Assembly: GCA_903861205.1 (NCBI GenBank)
Contig: CAIOTC010000017.1
Span: forward strand, 1-42,525
Length of the DNA: 42,525 nucleotides
Direction of reading: 5' to 3'
Source: an uncultured bacterium
Lineage (GTDB): Bacteria > Patescibacteriota > Minisyncoccia > Phycocordibacterales > DATDWN01
Both the position numbers and the translations under genes were made by a program. Positions 8,922-16,240 of the stretch are shown here, in pieces (the first letter of the stretch is position 1; the number at the start of each line of letters is the position of its first letter). The notes below the pieces were generated by a model. It was not told the DNA's origin. It saw only the letters and a program-made list of their open reading frames with translations, and did not search any database.

Positions 8922-10019
8922 TTAAATACTGAAATTTTTGATCGAGTAAATGTCGTCCTCGCTGTTTTCGTCTTTTTTGATTTCTTCGGGACTTCGGTCG
9001 TCGAGGTTTTCCGGTTCAGACTCCGGTTCAATATTTTCCACAGGAATTTCTGGTGGAATTTTTACAATATCCCCCATTTGCATTTTGGCAATCTCCGGCG
9101 CGCGAACATATTTTGGAATGGATTCGTTGACTGGCGGTTCAGGATTTTGTTCGATGTGTTTGTCCATCATTTCTGTCGGAGATTTTTTCTGGTTTGATTT
9201 GATCAAATCCAAAATGCTGTTCAGATCTTCCTTCGAGAAAAAGTCAATCATAATTTTCCCGCCATTTTCTTTCTTTTCGATCAAAACGCGCGTGCCAAGC
9301 GTCTCGGTCAATTTTTCCTCCATTTCCTGTATTTCAATATCGAGCGTGAAGCCCTTTTTGTGCGTTTTATCGTAAGCGATTCGGCGCGCCAAACTTTCCG
9401 CCTCGCGCACAGTCAACTTTTTGAACATTATTTCCTTGAAAAGTGTCAATTGTTCGTCCGGCCTGTCGGCGAGTGTCATGAGCGGTCGCGTATGTCCTTC
9501 CGAAATTTGACCTCTTGAAAGAGCCTCGAGCATTTCGGGAGGAAGGGTGAGCAGTCGCATGGAATTAGTCACATAAACGCGCGACTTACCGACTTTTGTA
9601 GCTATTTCCTGGTGTGTGAATTTAAATTCGTTGACCAATCGCTCGAAAGCTCGGCCGCGGTCCACCGGATTTAGATCCTCGCGCTGAACATTTTCGATGA
9701 TGGCCAGCTCAAGCTTCATCAGGTCGTTCGTCTCGTCGCCAACTTTGATGAGCACCGGCACCTGCGAAAGTCCGGCAATTTTCGACGCGCGCAAACGACG
9801 CTCGCCAGCAATGAGTTCGTACACAGTGGAAAGTCCACCATCCTCTTTTGGCACTTCTTTGCGCGTGACCACCAGCGCCTGCAAAACACCGTACTGACGG
9901 ATCGAATCAGCCAGCGATTGCAGCTGCATTTCGTCAAACTCGCGCCGCGGCTGAAACGGATTCGGATTTATTTTGTCCACATCCACCCAAAAAATTGAAT
10001 CTTCAAAGAATTGGCTCAT
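8922..10019 (-). CDS. parB: ParB/Spo0J partition protein with an acidic C-terminal extension
   Basis: NPNPFQPRREF, LIAGERRLRASK and the HTH segment HQEIATKVGKSRVYVTN are present. The size is 365 aa. Confidence 0.9.
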   Translation of the reverse strand: MSQFFEDSIFWVDVDKINPNPFQPRREFDEMQLQSLADSIRQYGVLQALVVTRKEVPKEDGGLSTVYELIAGERRLRASKIAGLSQVPVLIKVGDETNDLMKLELAIIENVQREDLNPVDRGRAFERLVNEFKFTHQEIATKVGKSRVYVTNSMRLLTLPPEMLEALSRGQISEGHTRPLMTLADRPDEQLTLFKEIMFKKLTVREAESLARRIAYDKTHKKGFTLDIEIQEMEEKLTETLGTRVLIEKKENGGKIMIDFFSKEDLNSILDLIKSNQKKSPTEMMDKHIEQNPEPPVNESIPKYVRAPEIAKMQMGDIVKIPPEIPVENIEPESEPENLDDRSPEEIKKDENSEDDIYSIKNFSI

Positions 10020-10028
10020 GGGTATATT

Positions 10029-11060
10029 TTAACATAATATAATTTCAGGTTCAATTTCAAGATTAAGAGAAAACTTGTCTTTTACTGCTTTTTGTATTTC
10101 AGAAACAAATGACATAAGAGTGGCTATATTTTGAGCTGATTTATTTACAACCACCAAAGCATTTTTATAATACGTTCCAATGCCATTCTTTTCTACGCCT
10201 TTCAAGCCAGATTTTTCAATAAGCCAGCCCGATGGAATTTTGTAACCATTTTGATACTGAAAAAAAGGAATGCCCGAGAAAATCTTTTGTAATTCCTTTA
10301 ACTTTGGTTCATCAACAAAAACATTCTTGAAAAATGAACCGGCATTTGGAATCAATTTCGGATCAGGCAACTTTTCTAATCTGATTTTTTGAATCGTTTT
10401 TCGTATTTGTTTCAAAAGCGACATATTCGGAAATTCTGTTTTTATATCATTTAATGTTTCAGATACTTTCGGATATTTTGAGATTTGCGGAATTTCTTTT
10501 TTAAATTTGAAAACGACCGATTCGATGATGAATTTGCCTTTTAATCGGTTTTTAAAAATACTGTCGCGATAACCAAAACGACAATTTTCAGCAGAAATCG
10601 TTTCAAATTTTTTGGTAATTATATTGTATCCTTTGACGCTTTCAATAACATTCGAAACTTCCTGACCATAAGCACCGATATTTTGGACCGGCGAGGCTCC
10701 TACTGTGCCGGGTATGGACGATAAATTTTCAACCCCGGAAAAATCACTTTTAACCACAAAATCAACAAAATCATCCCAGATTTCTCCGCCACATACTTTT
10801 ATTCTGACGCACAAATCATTTTCATCTAAAATTTCAATTCCTTTGTTTTCCATTTTTATGCAAAATATGTCTGAGATAATGTCACCAATAACCAGATTTG
10901 ACCCGCCACCTAATACAAGTATCGACACTTTTTTATTTTCGGCAAAATTAGCACAATCCAAAATATCGCTCTCATTCTTACATACGCCAAAATATCTGGC
11001 AGATCCGCCAAGTCGTATCGTGGTATATTCCTTCAAACAAATGTATTCTTTTATTTGCAC
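10029..11060 (-). CDS. murB: UDP-N-acetylenolpyruvoylglucosamine reductase
   Basis: An FAD-binding start (TTIRLGGSARYF, VLGGGSNL) is followed by AGSFFKN and a C-terminal domain. The size is 343 aa. Confidence 0.9.
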   Translation of the reverse strand: MQIKEYICLKEYTTIRLGGSARYFGVCKNESDILDCANFAENKKVSILVLGGGSNLVIGDIISDIFCIKMENKGIEILDENDLCVRIKVCGGEIWDDFVDFVVKSDFSGVENLSSIPGTVGASPVQNIGAYGQEVSNVIESVKGYNIITKKFETISAENCRFGYRDSIFKNRLKGKFIIESVVFKFKKEIPQISKYPKVSETLNDIKTEFPNMSLLKQIRKTIQKIRLEKLPDPKLIPNAGSFFKNVFVDEPKLKELQKIFSGIPFFQYQNGYKIPSGWLIEKSGLKGVEKNGIGTYYKNALVVVNKSAQNIATLMSFVSEIQKAVKDKFSLNLEIEPEIILC

Positions 11061-11068
11061 CTAAAAAT

Positions 11069-11086
11069 TATATCATATATGATATA
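11069..11086. promoter_or_regulatory. 18-bp perfect palindrome TATATCATATATGATATA in the 29-bp murB/murA divergent spacer; candidate operator
   Basis: All 9 base pairs of symmetry were checked position by position. It lies 3 nt upstream of the ATG of the HTH-MurA fusion. Confidence 0.5.
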
Positions 11087-11089
11087 TAC

Positions 11090-12601
11090 ATGAACAACTC
11101 AAAAACACTCGGCGGTATTATAAAACAAGCCAGAGAAGAAACCGGTATGACGCAGATTGAATTCGCCAGGAAAATGAAAACGTCTCAGAGCGCCGTGGCG
11201 CGCATCGAAAGAGGCGGGCAAAATCTGACAACCGAAAACGTCCAAAAAATAAGTGAAGCACTCGGCAAAACGCTTTTAAAAGTTGAAAACAAAACCGATG
11301 ATTTTAAAATTGTCGGAGGCAAAAAACTTTCCGGTACGATACAGACCAACACCTCAAAAAACGGCGCGCTCGGACTATTTTGCGCTTCCCTGCTCAACAA
11401 ACAAGCCACGATTCTCCATGGCATTCCGCACATAGAAGAAATCTCCAGAATAATTGAAATTTTTCACAGCATCGGAGTAAAAGTGGAATGGATAAAAGAA
11501 AATTCAGTCAAAATCACTCCTCCACAAAAACTAAAATTGGAATCCCTGAACGCAGATTCGGCCTCAAAAATTCGTTCCGTCATAATGCTTATCGGAGCGG
11601 TCATTCACAAAGAGAAAAAATTTAAAATACCTCATGCGGGTGGGTGCAAAATGGGTGAGCGAACGATTTCCGCCCACAAATATGGACTGGAATCGCTTGG
11701 CGCTGACATAAAAACAAAAGAAAATTTCTACGAAATAACGGTTAAAAAATTAAAACCGAATGACGTCGTCCTCTACGAGGCCAGCGACACCGCTACTGAA
11801 AATTTGCTCATTGCTTCGGCTCTTATCCCCGGAAAAACCACCTTGAGATTTACTCCACCGAACTACCAAGTCCAAGAAGTGTGTTATTTTTTGGAAAAAT
11901 GCGGGGTGAAAATCGAAGGAATCGGCACGAGCACTTTGGTCATTCATGGCATAAATGAAATAAATTCACAAATTGAATATCACAACAGCGAAGACCCGAC
12001 CGAGTCAATGATGTTTATCGCTTCCGCGCTTGTGACGAATTCCAAACTCACAATCACCAGATGCCCGATTGATTTTCTTTCATTGGAAATTTTGAAGTTG
12101 GAAAAAATGGGAATGAAATATAAAAAAAGCAAAGTTTATTTTTCCAAAAACGAAAGGACGCGGCTTTGCGACATAACGATCTTTCCTTCCAAACTTGTGG
12201 CCTTGAAAGACAAAATTCACGCCTCGGCTTATCCGGGCATAAATACGGACAATTTGCCATTTTTCGTCCCAGTCGCTTCGGTGGCCGAGGGAAGCACTCT
12301 CATTCACGACTGGATGTGGGAAAACAGAGCAATATATTTTACCGAATTAAACAGGCTTGGCGCCGACATCACCCTTGCCGATCCGCACAGAGTTTTTGTA
12401 ACCGGACCTAGACAGCTGAAAGGCAACCAGATGGTTTGCCCGCCGGCACTGCGTCCATCCATGATGATTTTGGTGGCCATGCTGGGAGCGAAAGGCGAAT
12501 CGATTTTGCGAAATGTTTATGCCATAAATCGCGGCTACGAAAAAATCGCCGAACGCCTGAACTCCATCGGCGCGGATGTGAAGATAATAAGCGAGATATA
12601 A
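11090..12601 (+). CDS. murA: XRE-type HTH domain fused to UDP-N-acetylglucosamine 1-carboxyvinyltransferase (MurA)
   Basis: Residues 1-65 (GIIKQAREETGMTQIEFARKMKTSQSAVARIERG) form a Cro/C1 HTH. The rest is MurA (KIVGGKKLSGTI, catalytic-Cys loop HAGGCKMGERT). The size is 503 aa. Confidence 0.85.
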   Translation: MNNSKTLGGIIKQAREETGMTQIEFARKMKTSQSAVARIERGGQNLTTENVQKISEALGKTLLKVENKTDDFKIVGGKKLSGTIQTNTSKNGALGLFCASLLNKQATILHGIPHIEEISRIIEIFHSIGVKVEWIKENSVKITPPQKLKLESLNADSASKIRSVIMLIGAVIHKEKKFKIPHAGGCKMGERTISAHKYGLESLGADIKTKENFYEITVKKLKPNDVVLYEASDTATENLLIASALIPGKTTLRFTPPNYQVQEVCYFLEKCGVKIEGIGTSTLVIHGINEINSQIEYHNSEDPTESMMFIASALVTNSKLTITRCPIDFLSLEILKLEKMGMKYKKSKVYFSKNERTRLCDITIFPSKLVALKDKIHASAYPGINTDNLPFFVPVASVAEGSTLIHDWMWENRAIYFTELNRLGADITLADPHRVFVTGPRQLKGNQMVCPPALRPSMMILVAMLGAKGESILRNVYAINRGYEKIAERLNSIGADVKIISEI

Positions 12602-12609
12602 AAACTTTG

Positions 12610-12693
12610 TGCCGGGAGGGAGACTTGAACTCCCACGACCTTGCGATCACAGCATTTTGAGTGCTGCATGTTTACCAATTACATCATCCCGGC
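12610..12693 (-). tRNA. tRNA-Leu (anticodon CAA)
   Basis: The manual cloverleaf has acceptor GCCGGGA/TCCCGGC, anticodon arm CAGCA-CTCAAAA-TGCTG, a 15-nt variable arm, T arm GGGAG-TTCAAGT-CTCCC and discriminator A. Confidence 0.9.
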
Positions 12694-12739
12694 TTACAAG
12701 TACAGATTATCGTAATTTGGACAAAAAATCAACGGTGAT

Positions 12740-12767
12740 TTGCTTTTTTGGACGCAGGTTGTATTAT
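12740..12767 (+). promoter_or_regulatory. Candidate sigma70-like promoter (TTGCTT-16-TATTAT) for a short structured transcript upstream of miaA
   Basis: Hexamers were read directly. The terminator at 12863-12896 lies about 100 nt downstream. Confidence 0.4.
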
Positions 12768-12862
12768 GGTTGTGGCGGAAGAACGTAGAGTATGGCTAGT
12801 CGCCCTTGCTTTTGCCCAGGCATCGCAAGTCAGATTAAAGCCAGAGGGTGGTTCAACTGCCA

Positions 12863-12896
12863 GGGGCCGATTCCCGCAACGCATCGGCCCTTTATT
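12863..12896 (+). terminator. Intrinsic terminator hairpin 10 nt upstream of the miaA ATG
   Basis: The stem is gggccgat-tcccgcaacgc-atcggccc, followed by tttatt. Confidence 0.55.
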
Positions 12897-12906
12897 CTAT
12901 AATAAA

Positions 12907-13797
12907 ATGCAAAAATTAATCGTCATACTCGGGCCAACATCCGGAGGAAAATCGGATACTGCGGTAAAAATCGCCAAGAAATTTGACGGGGAAATTATTT
13001 CGGCCGATTCGCGACAGGTATACAAAGGCCTCGACATTGGCACGGGAAAAATCACAAAGAAAGAAATGCGTGGCATTCCCCACCACATGCTTGACGTAGC
13101 AAATCCTAAAAAAAGATTTGATGTAGCGATGTGGCAAAAACAAACCAAAATAATAATTGCTGATATTTTTGCTCGCGGAAAATTACCAATCATCTGTGGT
13201 GGCACTGGATTTTATATCCAATCAATTGTCGACAATTTGGAATTGCCGGAAGTTCCGCCAAACAAAAAATTGCGAGAAAAATTGGAAAAGAAAACTTTAC
13301 CAGAACTTATTGAAATTTTAAAAAAGCTTGATCCGGAAAAATTGAAAACAATCGACACCAAAAATCCGGTCCGGCTTGTCCGCGCCATTGAGATTGCCAC
13401 CCAGCTCGGCTCCGTGCCAAAATTGCAAAAAAATAATAATGACTATGAAATTCTCCAAATTGGCCTAACATTTCCTGACAAAATTTTGAAAAAAAGAATT
13501 TTCATTCGCCTTCGAAGGCGAATGAAAATGGGAATGCTTGATGAGGCAAGAAAACTACACAAAGCAGGCTTGTCGTGGAAAAGGATGAATGAACTTGGTT
13601 TGGAATACAGGCACATGGCGTTACTTTTGAATAACAGAATGTCTCGTGAAGAATTCATCCAAAAATTGAACACTGAAATCTGGCATTACGCCCGCCGACA
13701 GTGGCAATGGTTTAAGCGCGACAAAAACATCAAATGGTTCTCGCCCACTGAAATCAACAAAATCGAAAAAGAAGTGGAAAAATTTATGAAAAAGTAG
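12907..13797 (+). CDS. miaA: tRNA dimethylallyltransferase. Start moved to MQKLIVILGPTSGGKS.
   Basis: P-loop GPTSGGKS and ISADSRQVYKGLDIGTGK are present. The upstream part of the track ORF runs through the terminator hairpin. Confidence 0.9.
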   Translation: MQKLIVILGPTSGGKSDTAVKIAKKFDGEIISADSRQVYKGLDIGTGKITKKEMRGIPHHMLDVANPKKRFDVAMWQKQTKIIIADIFARGKLPIICGGTGFYIQSIVDNLELPEVPPNKKLREKLEKKTLPELIEILKKLDPEKLKTIDTKNPVRLVRAIEIATQLGSVPKLQKNNNDYEILQIGLTFPDKILKKRIFIRLRRRMKMGMLDEARKLHKAGLSWKRMNELGLEYRHMALLLNNRMSREEFIQKLNTEIWHYARRQWQWFKRDKNIKWFSPTEINKIEKEVEKFMKK

Positions 13798-13812
13798 TAG
13801 GGTAAGCATATT

Positions 13813-15033
13813 ATGGATTCCCTGCCAAATATCCTGAAAGAATTAAAAAAGTGCAAATACAAAGTTTCCACCGACACCAGAAAAGATGTTTCCGGCACAG
13901 CTTATTTTGCCATTAAAGGCGAGAATTTTGACGGAAATAAATTTGTAAATGAAGCGCTGAAAAAGGGCGCTACGTTTGCCGTGTCTGATGAAATAAAAAA
14001 TGTAGGAAAAAATGTTTTTATTGTCGAAAATGTTCTGAAAACCCTGCAAGAATCCGCAAAATATTACAGAAAAACCTTCAAAATACCAATTATTGTCATC
14101 GGCGGTTCAAACGGAAAAACAACCAGCAAAGATTTATTGGTGGAAGTTTTGAAAACAAAATACAAAGTTCACTCCACAATCGGTTCACTCAATAACCATT
14201 TGGGCGTGCCTCTTGCCATTCTGTCGATGGACAGAAAAACACAAATCGGTGTGTTTGAAATTGGCGCGAATCACCCTAGCGAGCATCTGCAATTGCTCGA
14301 TATTATACAACCGACACATGTCGCGGTCACAAATAACGGTATGGACCATTTGGAAGGATTCGGCTCGCCCGCCGGTGCTCGCAAGGCAAACAAGGAAATT
14401 TACGATTGGGCAAAAAAATACAAAGCCAAAGTATTCGTCAACAAAAATCATAAAGATTTAATCAAAGATTCAAGTGGAAATAAATGTATAAAATATCCGG
14501 CAAATAAAATTGAATTTAAATCTCAACTCGTTGGAAATTATAATTTGGAAAATTTAGAACTGGCTTTTGCTATAGGAAAATATTTCAAAGTTAACAAAAA
14601 TAATTCTCTTGAAGCAATCAGTAATTACGTTCCGTTGTCGAAAAGATCGGAACTCAAAAAGATAAATGGCATTGATTTTGTGGTGGATTGCTACAATGCC
14701 AACCCGACAAGCATGAAATTGTCGCTCCAAAGTTTTATAAAATCGGCAAAGCATCCGAAAGGAGTCATCCTAGGAGATATGCTCGAACTTGGGAAATATT
14801 CCGAAACGGAACATAAAAAAATTGTGGATTTTGTGAGCAAACAAAAACTTGATCTCACCGTTTTCATTGGAAAAAATTTTAAGAAAGTTTTGAAAAATGT
14901 GAATTTTAAATATAAATGGTTTCCAGATTCCGAATCTGCCAAAAAATGGTTCGCCAAACAAAAATTCACCGGTTTTACATTCCTCCTGAAAGGCTCACGA
15001 GGAATTGCCGTGGAAAAAATCCTGGACTTGTAA
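13813..15033 (+). CDS. murF: UDP-N-acetylmuramoyl-tripeptide--D-alanyl-D-alanine ligase
   Basis: The Mur ligase P-loop GGSNGKTTSK, the DxYNANP motif (DCYNANPTSM) and C-terminal LKGSRG are present. The size is 406 aa. Confidence 0.85.
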   Translation: MDSLPNILKELKKCKYKVSTDTRKDVSGTAYFAIKGENFDGNKFVNEALKKGATFAVSDEIKNVGKNVFIVENVLKTLQESAKYYRKTFKIPIIVIGGSNGKTTSKDLLVEVLKTKYKVHSTIGSLNNHLGVPLAILSMDRKTQIGVFEIGANHPSEHLQLLDIIQPTHVAVTNNGMDHLEGFGSPAGARKANKEIYDWAKKYKAKVFVNKNHKDLIKDSSGNKCIKYPANKIEFKSQLVGNYNLENLELAFAIGKYFKVNKNNSLEAISNYVPLSKRSELKKINGIDFVVDCYNANPTSMKLSLQSFIKSAKHPKGVILGDMLELGKYSETEHKKIVDFVSKQKLDLTVFIGKNFKKVLKNVNFKYKWFPDSESAKKWFAKQKFTGFTFLLKGSRGIAVEKILDL

Positions 15034-15072
15034 CCAGGTTCTGGTTGTGATTTAATGATCAAGGAGGGCAAA

Positions 15073-15231
15073 ATGCCTATATATCAACGAGATATCGTGG
15101 AGAAAAAACCGCAGTCACCCAGGCCGGAAGATTGCATAAAATGTGAACAAGGGGTCGCAGTAAACGAAGAACACCTTTGTGGAATCTGCAGTGGGTCGGA
15201 AAAACCCACACCACCGCCCGTCTCTAAGTAG
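15073..15231 (+). CDS. Small (52 aa) CxxC...CxxC zinc-ribbon-like protein, below the 60-aa cut-off of the ORF track
   Basis: It reads MPIYQRDIVEKKPQSPRPEDCIKCEQGVAVNEEHLCGICSGSEKPTPPPVSK*. The RBS AAGGAGGG lies 5 nt upstream of the ATG. Confidence 0.5.
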   Translation: MPIYQRDIVEKKPQSPRPEDCIKCEQGVAVNEEHLCGICSGSEKPTPPPVSK

Positions 15232-15260
15232 AGCAGGCTTCACCATAAGGAGTAAACAAA

Positions 15261-15404
15261 ATGAATTGCGGACCTCTTGCGGGACACCACTCTGCCACTT
15301 CTTATTTTATTTTGGGCTCCATTGTTCTGTTGATTGTCATATCAACAATAGGAATATTTGGGCAGATGTTTTATGCCATTTTTTCAGGAGCCGCCTCACG
15401 CTAA
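15261..15404 (+). CDS. Small (47 aa) single-TM membrane peptide
   Basis: It reads MNCGPLAGHHSATSYFILGSIVLLIVISTIGIFGQMFYAIFSGAASR*. The RBS AAGGAG lies 9 nt upstream of the ATG. Confidence 0.45.
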   Translation: MNCGPLAGHHSATSYFILGSIVLLIVISTIGIFGQMFYAIFSGAASR

Positions 15405-15567
15405 CAAAACGTGGGGCTTTTCTTTTTTCTGCGGGCCCAAGAGGATTTTCCCTCAAAATTTTTTCGTCGCCACTCAAAAATTTCTGGGCACCGAATTGGC
15501 GACAACCGCTGCTGCGGTCGTATACTGCCAATTCGTTCAAATCCTAAGCATAAAACTTCGTTTTCTG

Positions 15568-15638
15568 CGGGCCCAAGAGGATTTGAACCCCTGTCGCTCC
15601 TTTTGGAGAGGAGAATTCTACCACTGAACTATAGGCCC
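15568..15638 (-). tRNA. tRNA-Trp (anticodon CCA)
   Basis: The cloverleaf has acceptor GGGCCTA/TGGGCCC, anticodon arm CTCCT-CTCCAAA-AGGAG and T arm AGGGG-TTCAAAT-CCTCT. The length is 71 nt. Confidence 0.9.
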
Positions 15639-15657
15639 TTACGGATTTTATACTAAC

Positions 15658-15684
15658 AAAAATTCGCCCTTTTGGCGAATTTTT
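15658..15684. terminator. Bidirectional terminator hairpin between rpmG and tRNA-Trp
   Basis: The stem is aaaaattcgcc-ctttt-ggcgaattttt. Confidence 0.6.
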
Positions 15685-15717
15685 ACTTGTTAAACTTTTC
15701 CAACTTATCAAACTTAT

Positions 15718-15873
15718 TTACTTTTTTGCCTCTTTGAAACTGACTCGTTTGCGGAGTTTTTTGCTGTATTTTTTGAGCTCGATTTTACGCTCAACTTTTT
15801 TCTTATTTTTCGAAGTCCAATACACCTCTCCGGTTGATTTGCTTCTTAGTGGAATTAGTCGATCTTGTGACAT
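15718..15873 (-). CDS. rpmG: 50S ribosomal protein L33. Start moved to MSQDRLIPL.
   Basis: The 51-aa sequence MSQDRLIPLRSKSTGEVYWTSKNKKKVERKIELKKYSKKLRKRVSFKEAKK matches the L33 pattern (T.KNK....kLelkKY.p..rkh...kE.K). Confidence 0.85.
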   Translation of the reverse strand: MSQDRLIPLRSKSTGEVYWTSKNKKKVERKIELKKYSKKLRKRVSFKEAKK

Positions 15874-16084
15874 AGTGAAAAGAGTGTAGCACAAAATGTG
15901 CCCGAAATGCAAGTGGAATTTTTAAGCCCAATTTGCGATAAATATCAACGAGTTATATCATTAAATCATGGACGCAGCATTTGGAATTGTTTTCATAGTT
16001 ATAGTTTTGTACGTGGCATCAAAATTATCACCGTAACACGGCTTTCTCTACACCACACAATAATCCCCTTTCGGGGATTATTTG

Positions 16085-16167
16085 TGCGTCGGGTAGGATT
16101 CGAACCTACGTAGGCCGAGGCCGTTAGATTTACAGTCTAATGCGATTGACCACTCCGCCACCGACGC
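16085..16167 (-). tRNA. tRNA-Tyr (anticodon GTA)
   Basis: The cloverleaf has acceptor GCGTCGG/CCGACGC, anticodon arm TTAGA-CTGTAAA-TCTAA, a long variable arm and T arm GTAGG-TTCGAAT-CCTAC. The length is 83 nt. Confidence 0.9.
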
Positions 16168-16240
16168 GTACAAAAAGAGTACCAAATTTTTCGATTTGAT
16201 ACAACTTTTGTCATAAAGGTTCGACCTTGATGCCCAGTTC

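Noticed and set aside
10029-15033. The murB-murF block as a horizontally acquired island because it is more AT-rich and nearly free of GC hairpins.
   Set aside because: The genes are core cell-wall and tRNA-modification functions in a coherent arrangement. A composition difference judged by eye is not sufficient, so it is noted only as context.
15568-15638. An alternative genetic code (UGA recoding, as in some CPR lineages).
   Set aside because: The tRNA-Trp has a normal CCA anticodon. TGA works as a stop for well-delimited ORFs (for example 38244-38411). All conserved genes translate uninterrupted with code 11.
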